Shown: piece after piece, positions 8,566 to 15,822 of the stretch
Layout of the letters: each line of letters starts with the position of its first letter
Numbering within the stretch: the first letter of the stretch is position 1
Assembly (NCBI RefSeq): GCF_053078305.1
Contig: NZ_CP166879.1
Strand: one strand, 5' to 3'
Length of the DNA stretch: 64,000 bases
Position numbers and translations under genes: made by a program
Notes under the pieces: model-generated
What the model was told of the DNA's origin: nothing
Database searches by the model: none
What the model saw: only the letters and a program-made list of their open reading frames with translations

Positions 8566-8762
8566 GCTTCACCTCGACAGGCTTGATGGTGTCGATCAGT
8601 AGTCGGCGGCGCGTATTTTCTGCAAAGTGGCGGCGTCCGGTTTCTTTGTGGTAAAACTCGTTTTTGTCGACGACCCACATCCGCTCCGTCTGGTGCAATT
8701 TTTTTTACCTGCGGACCGTCTTTGGTGATCACGATGCCGGTATGGGTTTTTACGATTGTCAT
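8558..8762 (-). pseudogene. Small prophage gene apparently disrupted at an A8 homopolymer (8699-8706)
   Basis: As read, the frame after the A-run gives an R/C/P-rich tail; with one A fewer it gives a plausible 66-aa protein whose stop overlaps the next start. Confidence 0.35.
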
Positions 8763-8875
8763 GCCACCACCTCTTCGAATTTCAATTGTTCACCCCAGAT
8801 TTCACATGACTCTGAACACGAGCCGGTATCGAATCGCCTGGCCTGCACCATCGCCTGATAGTTAATCTTCATCAT
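8759..8875 (-). CDS. Hypothetical small protein (38 aa)
   Basis: GAGG then ATG at 8875; stop overlaps the next start (ATGA); N-terminus MMKINYQ resembles the N-termini of neighbouring genes. Confidence 0.3.
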   Translation of the reverse strand: MMKINYQAMVQARRFDTGSCSESCEIWGEQLKFEEVVA

Positions 8876-9047
8876 CCTCACCCCACTCATCACAATAAGC
8901 TTCAACCGGAGTTTTTCCTGCTTCATAGTCATCACGCCATGCTTCAGCATCGGCGGCACTTCCACCGCGTAACTCTGCATAGTCCATTAACAGTTCATGC
9001 CATTCTTCAAAACTGGCGTTATATTTAGTTGAACCAAAATCAGCCAT
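8862..9047 (-). CDS. Hypothetical acidic small protein
   Basis: 61-aa ORF in the packed operon. Confidence 0.45.
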   Translation of the reverse strand: MADFGSTKYNASFEEWHELLMDYAELRGGSAADAEAWRDDYEAGKTPVEAYCDEWGEDDED

Positions 9048-9222
9048 TTTGTTCTTCCTCTTCGTCTTTTATTTCGTGATATGAGTAATTGCAGTAGTTA
9101 AAGAAAATTTCTTTTGCTTCGTCATGAATTTCATCAGGTGTTGCGTCATCGTCCACTTCGAATACATCCTCGAAACCTCCACCGGCTATTCCCGTTTCAA
9201 TAATTATTTTGAACTTTCGCAT
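9040..9222 (-). CDS. Hypothetical acidic small protein
   Basis: 60-aa ORF with 8-nt overlap to the next gene. Confidence 0.45.
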   Translation of the reverse strand: MRKFKIIIETGIAGGGFEDVFEVDDDATPDEIHDEAKEIFFNYCNYSYHEIKDEEEEQNG

Positions 9223-9369
9223 TTCACTACCACCCTGCCGGGCGGTCTCCTGATGTTCTGAGGGTGCAGGAATCCCTCCTGTTAAGGATTAAATTTTATT
9301 TACAGTGCTGATTTTAATTATTCAGATCTGGATTATGCTTTCTCTTTTACCTGCCGTAGTTCCTGGTAA

Positions 9370-9675
9370 TTAATTTCGCTCACTGGTTGCCTCCTGGAAA
9401 ATAACGGCATGTCCCAGTTTCTCCGCCAGTGCCAGTTCTGCCTTAGCGCCTGCCGACCGCTGCCAGCCTTTCAGCATATAAACCGCATCCACACAACGAA
9501 TCATTGCCATGCAAATATCCATGTAATGTGGCTGAGTCAGCCCGTCCGGAAGTACTGCCGGGTTTAAAACGGTATGCCCTTCCCGTTTCAGTGCTTCTTC
9601 CGCCTTGTGAAATGCCTCGCAGTTGAAATTTTCATATCCCGTCATTGGACCGGCGATATAAACCCTAACCCTCAC
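9370..9675 (-). CDS. DUF4406-like protein (nucleoside 2-deoxyribosyltransferase-like fold)
   Basis: 101 aa; N-terminal YIAGPMTG...NF motif. Confidence 0.55.
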   Translation of the reverse strand: MRVRVYIAGPMTGYENFNCEAFHKAEEALKREGHTVLNPAVLPDGLTQPHYMDICMAMIRCVDAVYMLKGWQRSAGAKAELALAEKLGHAVIFQEATSERN

Positions 9676-9926
9676 TCCTGAATCCTCCTGTCGAAATAAA
9701 CGTAGTTATTCACTGTGCGCAACTTCATTCCGAACTTTTCGGCAATTTCCCGTCGGGGTACGCCGCGCTGATACAGTTGCCGCGTCAGCTCAATATCACG
9801 CTGTGAATATTTTGCCGACGGGTGAAAATCGCCACGTAACATCATGCTGATGCCCAACTCCCGTGCCTTCGTTCTCACTGCCGCTTCAGTTCGTCCGATA
9901 AGTGCGCCAATGCTTTTCACCTTCAT
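9672..9926 (-). CDS. Hypothetical HTH-containing protein (84 aa)
   Basis: ATG at 9926; the upstream extension in the ORF track looks non-coding. Confidence 0.45.
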   Translation of the reverse strand: MKVKSIGALIGRTEAAVRTKARELGISMMLRGDFHPSAKYSQRDIELTRQLYQRGVPRREIAEKFGMKLRTVNNYVYFDRRIQE

Positions 9927-9985
9927 AGTTCCCGCACACTGACGGAGTATCAGGATTTCAGCCCGGCACCACTTCTTCCAGCCAC

Positions 9986-10699
9986 TCACTGCTGCTCTCT
10001 GGTGGCGGTAATATCCCGGAGAATATCCCGGCACTTGTTCAGCTCCCGCAGAGCGGCACAGACTCGCTCCCACTTCTGAACCTGACCTTTTGCCCGGCGC
10101 AGCTCGCGGTTAGCCACATGCAGCGATGGTAGAATCAGGTCATCTGCTTTCGTTTCGGTGACCGATGGCTGTAACTTCACAATGTCTTCCACGATTTCTG
10201 TTTTCATTTCTTCCTGTGTTTCCGCTTCCCGGACTGGTAACGCAACACCTGCTGGCTGAGGAAAGGCTTTACCATCGTTTTTCTCTGCGGATGTAACTTC
10301 CAGCTCTGCTGGTAAATCAGCGCCCGGTATGCAGTAACGAAATTTACCGCCCTGATTCACGCGAATCAGACGCCCTTTGCTGATTGCCATGGCCAGCGAT
10401 GAATTCGCCCGGCGGGAGGTAATCCCGAACATCAGTGCCAGCTCATCCGCCGTTTGTGGGCCATGTTGTTCAATCGCCTCAGTCAGCATTTGCGCTGTCA
10501 CTTTCGGTACCGGTGACACTGGTTCACTTTCACCAGCCTGAATCAGCCACCACATCGACCCCTTGTTATCCGCTTCACCGCGGCGCTTCAGTTTCCACAG
10601 TTCGTTGACAGCATCTTCGCGGCTGATTCCAAGGCGCGATGCCACTACCTGTGAAGAGGCTCTTTTCAGTGCTTTCAGTGCGTCAAATACGGTTTCCAT
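9986..10699 (-). CDS. Hypothetical prophage protein (237 aa)
   Basis: ORF immediately downstream of the DnaC-like gene. Confidence 0.5.
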   Translation of the reverse strand: METVFDALKALKRASSQVVASRLGISREDAVNELWKLKRRGEADNKGSMWWLIQAGESEPVSPVPKVTAQMLTEAIEQHGPQTADELALMFGITSRRANSSLAMAISKGRLIRVNQGGKFRYCIPGADLPAELEVTSAEKNDGKAFPQPAGVALPVREAETQEEMKTEIVEDIVKLQPSVTETKADDLILPSLHVANRELRRAKGQVQKWERVCAALRELNKCRDILRDITATREQQ

Positions 10700-10728
10700 T
10701 AAAATTTCCTCCGGATAAAAATTACTTC

Positions 10729-11469
10729 TCAGTTCCTGTGCTGGCTGACGTTCGGACGCCAGCTCTCCCAGTTAAACGTCACCCAGCGACCACCGTTCAT
10801 GGACATGCGGTCCATCACCCGCTCGCCGAGAAGTGTATTCATCGCTGCATGGTTAAGATTTGTCAGCATCCCCACACTGAGTAACGATGCCGTTCTGCGG
10901 TCAACAATCTGATTCAGCGTGACCTGCTCATTACGCGTATCCCGTTGCATGCCAATTTCATCCAGTACCAGCAGGTCAACGCCACACAATCCCTGCAAAA
11001 ATTTTTCGCCCGAGTTTTTGTTGTCGTAGCTGCCATGTAACGCCAGCATCACATCCGCCACTGTTATCACAATCACACTGCGACCTTTCGCCAGAAGGTG
11101 GTTGCCAATAGCCGCCGCCAGGTGGTTTTTTCCTGTGCCAGGCCTGCCACTGAAAACAAAATTCGTACAGCCGCCTTCCAGCTCTGCCGCAATGGATTTC
11201 GCCTGACTCAGGGCATGGCGCTGACCATCGTTCTGCACCCGGTAGTTACCGAACGTACACTTCCGGTGAAGCGGCTGGATACCGGAGCGGTTAATGATTT
11301 TTTCAACCCGCGTCTGATGATTCAGACGATTAACCTCCTCGCTTCGCTTACGCCCTTCAGCAAGCTGCCATTCCCGCCACTCCGCCACCGTACGGTACGG
11401 AGGGATTGCATCCTGCGGCACAAATCTGCTGACTCTTGCCAGAACACCACCTGACGTAATGTTTTTCAT
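10729..11469 (-). CDS. DnaC-like helicase loader (IstB-type ATPase, lambda P functional analogue)
   Basis: 246 aa; Walker A GRPGTGKNHLAAAIG; Walker B LLVLDEIG. Confidence 0.8.
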   Translation of the reverse strand: MKNITSGGVLARVSRFVPQDAIPPYRTVAEWREWQLAEGRKRSEEVNRLNHQTRVEKIINRSGIQPLHRKCTFGNYRVQNDGQRHALSQAKSIAAELEGGCTNFVFSGRPGTGKNHLAAAIGNHLLAKGRSVIVITVADVMLALHGSYDNKNSGEKFLQGLCGVDLLVLDEIGMQRDTRNEQVTLNQIVDRRTASLLSVGMLTNLNHAAMNTLLGERVMDRMSMNGGRWVTFNWESWRPNVSQHRN

Positions 11470-11475
11470 GATGCG

Positions 11476-12465
11476 CTACCCCCTGAAACCCGGCGGAATT
11501 TCGGTATCCGGTTCAGAAATATGATTCACGCAACGCTGCGCGGGACCACGCCACAGTCGAATAACCAGTTCATCCCATTTCTCACGGAGTTTTTCCGGGC
11601 TCTTGATGTTTTTTATCCAGAACGGATCCCGTTGTGCCCGGCTGAACATTTCGCAAATTTGTCTGTGACTTCTTCCATCCAGCATCCGCATTGTGCGCAC
11701 GTCATTGGCCCACGCCGTCCAGTTGGGCTCTTTCGGTCGCGTGATCTCACCATCGTCACTGGCAGCCTGTTCGTACAGGTTTACAACCCGCCCCCAGATC
11801 CACTGCGCACACGTCAAATCCTCCCGGGTTCCCCACTGGCGTTTTTTCACGCTGAACACAACTGCATCAGGATGGCGGGTTAAAAACGCCTGTTCAGCCG
11901 TCAGCTCGTCCGGTTGCGAAGCGTCCGGACAAGAGAGTTTTTTATTCTCTGTTGTATTCTCTGTTGTATTCTCTGTTGTATTCTCTGTTGTATTCTCTGT
12001 AGGATCATCGGGCCATTTTGACCTGATGACATTGGGCCGTTTTGAACCAATGGAACGTTTCATTTTGACCTCTTCCATCGTGTCATTTTGACCTGATGGA
12101 GTGGCGCATTTTGACCCGATGGATTCGTTCACTTTGCCATCATCTAAAAGCGCGCTATCGTAGTTAATTGTGTAAAAATTAGTCATATCACGCTTCGATT
12201 TATTGAGCTTTTCGCTACGCAAAAGCCCCAGCGCTTTCAGACTTGCAAACGCACGCTTTAACGTTGACTCTGACCAGAACGGAAACTGTTCCAGCCATTG
12301 TTCCGTTGTGTTGTAAATCCAGCGAACGCCATCACATTCCATGCCGGAACTGGTATCCCTCAACCAGTAATGCAGTTGCTGCAACACAATGGCTTCGTTT
12401 AAACCAATCTTCATCGCCAGCTGTGTGTTTATAACCAGCGGGCGTTCAGCAAAAAGAAGGCTCAT
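11476..12465 (-). CDS. Replication initiator, lambda O-like
   Basis: N-terminal HTH-like segment; tandem repeats and iterons inside the gene as in lambda O/ori; ATG at 12465 preferred over the GTG at 12507. Confidence 0.7.
   Translation of the reverse strand: MSLLFAERPLVINTQLAMKIGLNEAIVLQQLHYWLRDTSSGMECDGVRWIYNTTEQWLEQFPFWSESTLKRAFASLKALGLLRSEKLNKSKRDMTNFYTINYDSALLDDGKVNESIGSKCATPSGQNDTMEEVKMKRSIGSKRPNVIRSKWPDDPTENTTENTTENTTENTTENKKLSCPDASQPDELTAEQAFLTRHPDAVVFSVKKRQWGTREDLTCAQWIWGRVVNLYEQAASDDGEITRPKEPNWTAWANDVRTMRMLDGRSHRQICEMFSRAQRDPFWIKNIKSPEKLREKWDELVIRLWRGPAQRCVNHISEPDTEIPPGFRG
11943..12000. repeat. Tandem 12-bp repeat TATTCTCTGTTG x 4.8, encoding (TTEN)n in the O-like protein
   Basis: Perfect direct repeats read directly in the sequence. 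Confidence 0.9.
12010..12125. repeat. Five iteron-like repeats (CATTTTGACC core, about 23-bp period); candidate replication origin
   Basis: Cores at 12014, 12038 (variant), 12061, 12084 and 12107. Confidence 0.6.
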
Positions 12466-12967
12466 AATTCCATCCGGCTTTTTGTTGGTACTGGTGACGA
12501 TAGGCACGCTTGAAAGCGATTGCTTTTTCTATAAGCTCGTCTGTCTCACGTTCCACAACAGCTGGATCTGCAAAAAGCAGCCCGGACTCCACCACATCGC
12601 CATATTCTTTGTTTAACCCGGCAATCATGTACGTAATGCTTTTTCCGTCAGTAATTTCGCGGTACAACCTGAAATCACTAATCCGGATAGCCTCCATAAT
12701 TGCCGGAATCAGCGCCGTGAATTTTTCTCGCTTATCCCTGGTGTCGATAGCCTTCCAGCGTTCGAATATCTTCACCCGGTTAACGCCAAGCGCACGCTGA
12801 TCAACCCCGCCATCATCAAGCGTGACACGCTGAACATCGATGTTCGGGCGTTCCTGTAGAGCCCAGAAGGCTTCAGTAATTAATATCGTCGCCTGCTCCT
12901 GCGTCATTCCTGGTCGGCTTATCCAGGCATCCAGGGCATCGCGTGCCTGCTCAAGGGTGATTTTCAT
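12446..12967 (-). CDS. Hypothetical protein between dicC and the O-like gene (possibly YdaT-like)
   Basis: 173-aa ORF; the family assignment is a guess from position. Confidence 0.45.
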   Translation of the reverse strand: MKITLEQARDALDAWISRPGMTQEQATILITEAFWALQERPNIDVQRVTLDDGGVDQRALGVNRVKIFERWKAIDTRDKREKFTALIPAIMEAIRISDFRLYREITDGKSITYMIAGLNKEYGDVVESGLLFADPAVVERETDELIEKAIAFKRAYRHQYQQKAGWNYEPSFC

Positions 12968-13181
12968 TGTTCAACCGCCCCGCCCGCTTCGTCTTACGAT
13001 ATTCGTCATAAACTTTGGGGTCATACTGAAGCTCCCCGCCGGATGCCTCTTGCAGGCGCATCGCGCGACCTTCAGGTACTAGCTCCCCTTTCCAGCTATA
13101 AAGCGAAGCCAAACGAATACCAGCAGCTTGTGCGAGTTTTGTTTTTGAACCGAAATACAAAAGTGCGTCAGTTTTAAGCAT
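12951..13181 (-). CDS. dicC: Cro-like regulator DicC
   Basis: 76 aa, divergent from dicA; matches DicC as I recall it. Confidence 0.8.
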   Translation of the reverse strand: MLKTDALLYFGSKTKLAQAAGIRLASLYSWKGELVPEGRAMRLQEASGGELQYDPKVYDEYRKTKRAGRLNNENHP

Positions 13182-13196
13182 TTAAAGCACCCTGAA

Positions 13197-13214
13197 TGTT
13201 AGTCATGACTAACA
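13197..13214. promoter_or_regulatory. Operator-like palindrome in the dicC-dicA intergenic region
   Basis: TGTTAGTCATGACTAACA, near-perfect inverted repeat. Confidence 0.5.
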
Positions 13215-13264
13215 AAATAGATGTTAACAAAAACATAGTCAATAAGATTTAGCATTAGCTAACT

Positions 13265-13672
13265 ATGGATACAAAAAATTTAACCATTGGCGAACGCATT
13301 AGATATCGCCGAAAAAGCCTCAAATACACCCAAAGGTCTCTTGCTAAAGCCCTGAAAATTTCTCATGTATCGGTTTCACAATGGGAACGGGATGACAGCG
13401 AACCGACAGGGAAGAATCTTTTTGCCCTCAGCAACGTACTGCAGTGCTCGCCAACATGGATTCTATTTGGCGATGAAGACAAGCAGCCATCACCACCTAT
13501 TGAGGAGCCAGTTGCTCTATCCCCCAAAGAACATGAGCTCCTTGAGCTTTTTAATGCATTGCCTGAATCAGAACAGGATGCTCAGCTCACCGAGATGCGC
13601 GCCCGAGTAAAAAATTTCAACAAACTCTTTGAAGAGTTATTAAAAGCCCGTCAACGAACAAACAAAAGATAA
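13265..13672 (+). CDS. dicA: Repressor DicA (XRE-family HTH)
   Basis: 135 aa; near-identical to DicA as I recall it. Confidence 0.85.
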   Translation: MDTKNLTIGERIRYRRKSLKYTQRSLAKALKISHVSVSQWERDDSEPTGKNLFALSNVLQCSPTWILFGDEDKQPSPPIEEPVALSPKEHELLELFNALPESEQDAQLTEMRARVKNFNKLFEELLKARQRTNKR

Positions 13673-13695
13673 CGCAATCAATGCGTTATCTTTTT
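13671..13695 (+). terminator. Possible terminator after dicA
   Basis: Stem AACGCA / TGCGTT followed by a T5 run. Confidence 0.35.
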
Positions 13696-13707
13696 GATCG
13701 CTAAAAA

Positions 13708-13760
13708 TGTTAGCCATAACAAACAAAAGCACTTGACCGGATTGTTAGTCATAGCTAATC
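13708..13760. promoter_or_regulatory. Two further operator-like half-palindromes upstream of the dicB operon
   Basis: TGTTAGCCATAACAAACA (13708-13725) and TGTTAGTCATAGCTAATC (13743-13760), related to the 13197 site. Confidence 0.45.
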
Positions 13761-13838
13761 TTACTTACATCAAGACACCGCACGGTGTTCTCAGCAAACA
13801 GTTCCGCTACCCCGGCGTTAAGGGGAAATGAGGTCAAC

Positions 13839-13991
13839 ATGGATACGCTCAATCTTGGCAACAACGAATCTCTGGTATGCGGCGTGTTTCCCAACCAGGA
13901 CGGCACGTTTACCGCGATGACGTATACCAAAAGTAAAAAGTTTAAAACCGAAGCTGGCGCGCGTCGCTGGTTAGCCAGAAACACTAACTGA
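13839..13991 (+). CDS. YdfA-like small protein
   Basis: 50 aa starting MDTLNLGNNES; first gene of the dicB-type operon. Confidence 0.5.
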   Translation: MDTLNLGNNESLVCGVFPNQDGTFTAMTYTKSKKFKTEAGARRWLARNTN

Positions 13992-14245
13992 TTAGCACCA
14001 GTAAAAACAGGTTGCCACTGGTTAATTTACCCTGAAAAGTCAGGGCATAACACGAAAGCGCACGGAGAAGCTCGTCTCTCTGTACTTTGTCGCTAAATTT
14101 AATTCGACCGTGCGCTTCCGGTTGTGGCAATCCGCGAAATGGCGCGGCGGTAAGTATGGCTGGGGTTTCCTCCATTGCTCCAGAAAATGCACCGGGTTGT
14201 CAGGTTGACCATACGCTTAAGTGACAGCCCCGCCACAATACCCAT

Positions 14246-14299
14246 GTGTAGTCTTTGGTGGCATCAGTTCTACTCCGTGACTGCTCTGCCACCCTTTTT
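14246..14299 (+). ncRNA. dicF: DicF-like small RNA
   Basis: GGTGGCATCAGTTCTACTCCGTGACTGCTCTGCCACCC then T5; matches DicF as I recall it, including the terminal hairpin. Confidence 0.55.
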
Positions 14300-14788
14300 A
14301 AAGTGAATTTTGTGATGCGGTGAATGCGGCTAAGCGCACGCGGAACAGTTAAAACCGTAAAGTGGTCTTTTACGGGGCGTAACGGGCATACTTCTGTATT
14401 CCGGCGTTAATTGTTAACTGGTTAACGTCACCTGGAGGCACCAGGCACTGCATCAACAAAGTTCACTTCGGTGATGAAGGGTAAGAGAAAATGTTGAATG
14501 TAGCTATTGAAAACCAGAACGGGTGGAATTATAGTGCACCTGCACCTCATAAAACGGGTGCCGGGCGTGGAAACCCGATGATGATCAACGCGCATAACCG
14601 CGCTCAGGCGGTTTTTTTTATGCGTCAAGCACAGCCACATTCAAATTATGGTGGGGCGTGCAGGGCAGCTGCAAGGCTGGCCGGCTCCGTTGGTCACCGG
14701 TATTTCCACCCCTGTACGTCTCACCACCTTTATGGTCGTGGAAAACCTCGGTGGTGAGTTATTTAAACTGATCAACGAGGCTGCCATC

Positions 14789-15346
14789 ATGGCTACTACC
14801 CTTACCCTTTCTCACCCTGACGTAACCATCGAAAATGGTCGCGCAGTCACCACGTCTGTTGCAGTTGCAGAGTTCTTCCACAAACTGCATAAAAACGTCA
14901 TTCAAAAAATTGAAGCTCTGGAATGTTCCGACGAATTCACTGAGCTTAATTTTCAGCCCAGCGAATACACCGACACAACCGGTCGCAAACTCCCAATGTA
15001 CCAAATCACCAAAAACGGCTTCGTTTTCCTGGTGATGGGCTTCACCGGCAAAAAAGCCGCTGCATTTAAAGAAGCCTACATCGCTGAGTTCGATCGCATG
15101 GAGAAAGAACTGCGCCAGAATAACGCCCCGTCTCCCGACAAAATGATTCACGGGGACGGACGTACCCTGGTTATCCGTCTCGACGAACACGGCAATATCA
15201 AATTCACTGAAACCGTTCCGGACGGCGCAATGGTCTGCACCCTGGATACCTTCCAGTTTTATCTGGAAAAACAAGGCTGGACTCTTGTAAACCGGAGCGC
15301 AATTAAAAATATGACTGTGGAGCAATTACTAAAAATTCATTGTTGA
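14789..15346 (+). CDS. Rha-family phage regulatory protein
   Basis: ATG at 14789 with GAGG 9 nt upstream; N-terminal region resembles the Rha family. Confidence 0.55.
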   Translation: MATTLTLSHPDVTIENGRAVTTSVAVAEFFHKLHKNVIQKIEALECSDEFTELNFQPSEYTDTTGRKLPMYQITKNGFVFLVMGFTGKKAAAFKEAYIAEFDRMEKELRQNNAPSPDKMIHGDGRTLVIRLDEHGNIKFTETVPDGAMVCTLDTFQFYLEKQGWTLVNRSAIKNMTVEQLLKIHC

Positions 15347-15356
15347 GGACGCGATA

Positions 15357-15545
15357 ATGGAAACGTTATTACCAAACGTTAATACGTCTGAAGGGTGTTT
15401 TGATATTGGTGTTCTGCTCAGTAACCGGGAGTTTACTGAAGATGCCATTAAGATGAGAAAATATGAGCCTTATCTTCTCAATGATAATTCCATACTCTCC
15501 AGAATTGCCCTTCTTAAACTTGGTATTTTCGGGGGGCAGCAGTGA
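15357..15545 (+). CDS. dicB: Cell-division inhibitor DicB
   Basis: 62 aa; N-terminus METLLPNVNTSEGCF matches DicB as I recall it. Confidence 0.7.
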   Translation: METLLPNVNTSEGCFDIGVLLSNREFTEDAIKMRKYEPYLLNDNSILSRIALLKLGIFGGQQ

Positions 15546-15730
15546 CTTCTGCATTTGCACTGGTAATGACTGTTTTTCTTATAACGGGTGAGCCACAGAA
15601 TGTGATTACCGGAATTTATGCCAGTAAAGAATCATGCCTCCGGGCAAGAGACGAGCAAAAAATTTCTGGCGAATGCCTCCCGTTAAAAAAAGTATCGCTG
15701 TACCTGAATAACGAAATACCGGCTGGATAA
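15542..15730 (+). CDS. YdfD-like small membrane protein
   Basis: 62 aa with hydrophobic N-terminus, ATGA overlap with dicB. Confidence 0.45.
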   Translation: MTSAFALVMTVFLITGEPQNVITGIYASKESCLRARDEQKISGECLPLKKVSLYLNNEIPAG

Positions 15731-15822
15731 TCCACCAGCCATATTAACGCCATACCCGTTGATTAAGCATGCCAGCAATGGCAGGGGTTCGTACAACCTT
15801 AAAATAGTTATGAGGTTTATCC

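Noticed and set aside
11943-12125. Short tandem repeats as a possible CRISPR array
   Set aside because: The repeats are 12-bp perfect tandems with no spacers and 23-bp iterons, all inside a coding sequence; this is origin and coding-repeat architecture, not repeat-spacer structure.
11476-12507. Longer O-like ORF starting at 12507
   Set aside because: That start codon is a GTG with no ribosome-binding site and overlaps the upstream gene by 60 nt; the ATG at 12465 was preferred.
14491-14757. 88-aa ORF between the DicF-like RNA and the Rha gene
   Set aside because: Composition beyond the first 40 residues looks out of frame, it contains a T8 run, and it overlaps the upstream extension of the Rha frame; possibly a decayed gene, not called.
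14648-14788. N-terminal extension of the Rha ORF given in the ORF track
   Set aside because: The Rha-family similarity begins at the ATG at 14789, which has a Shine-Dalgarno; the extension is probably untranslated.
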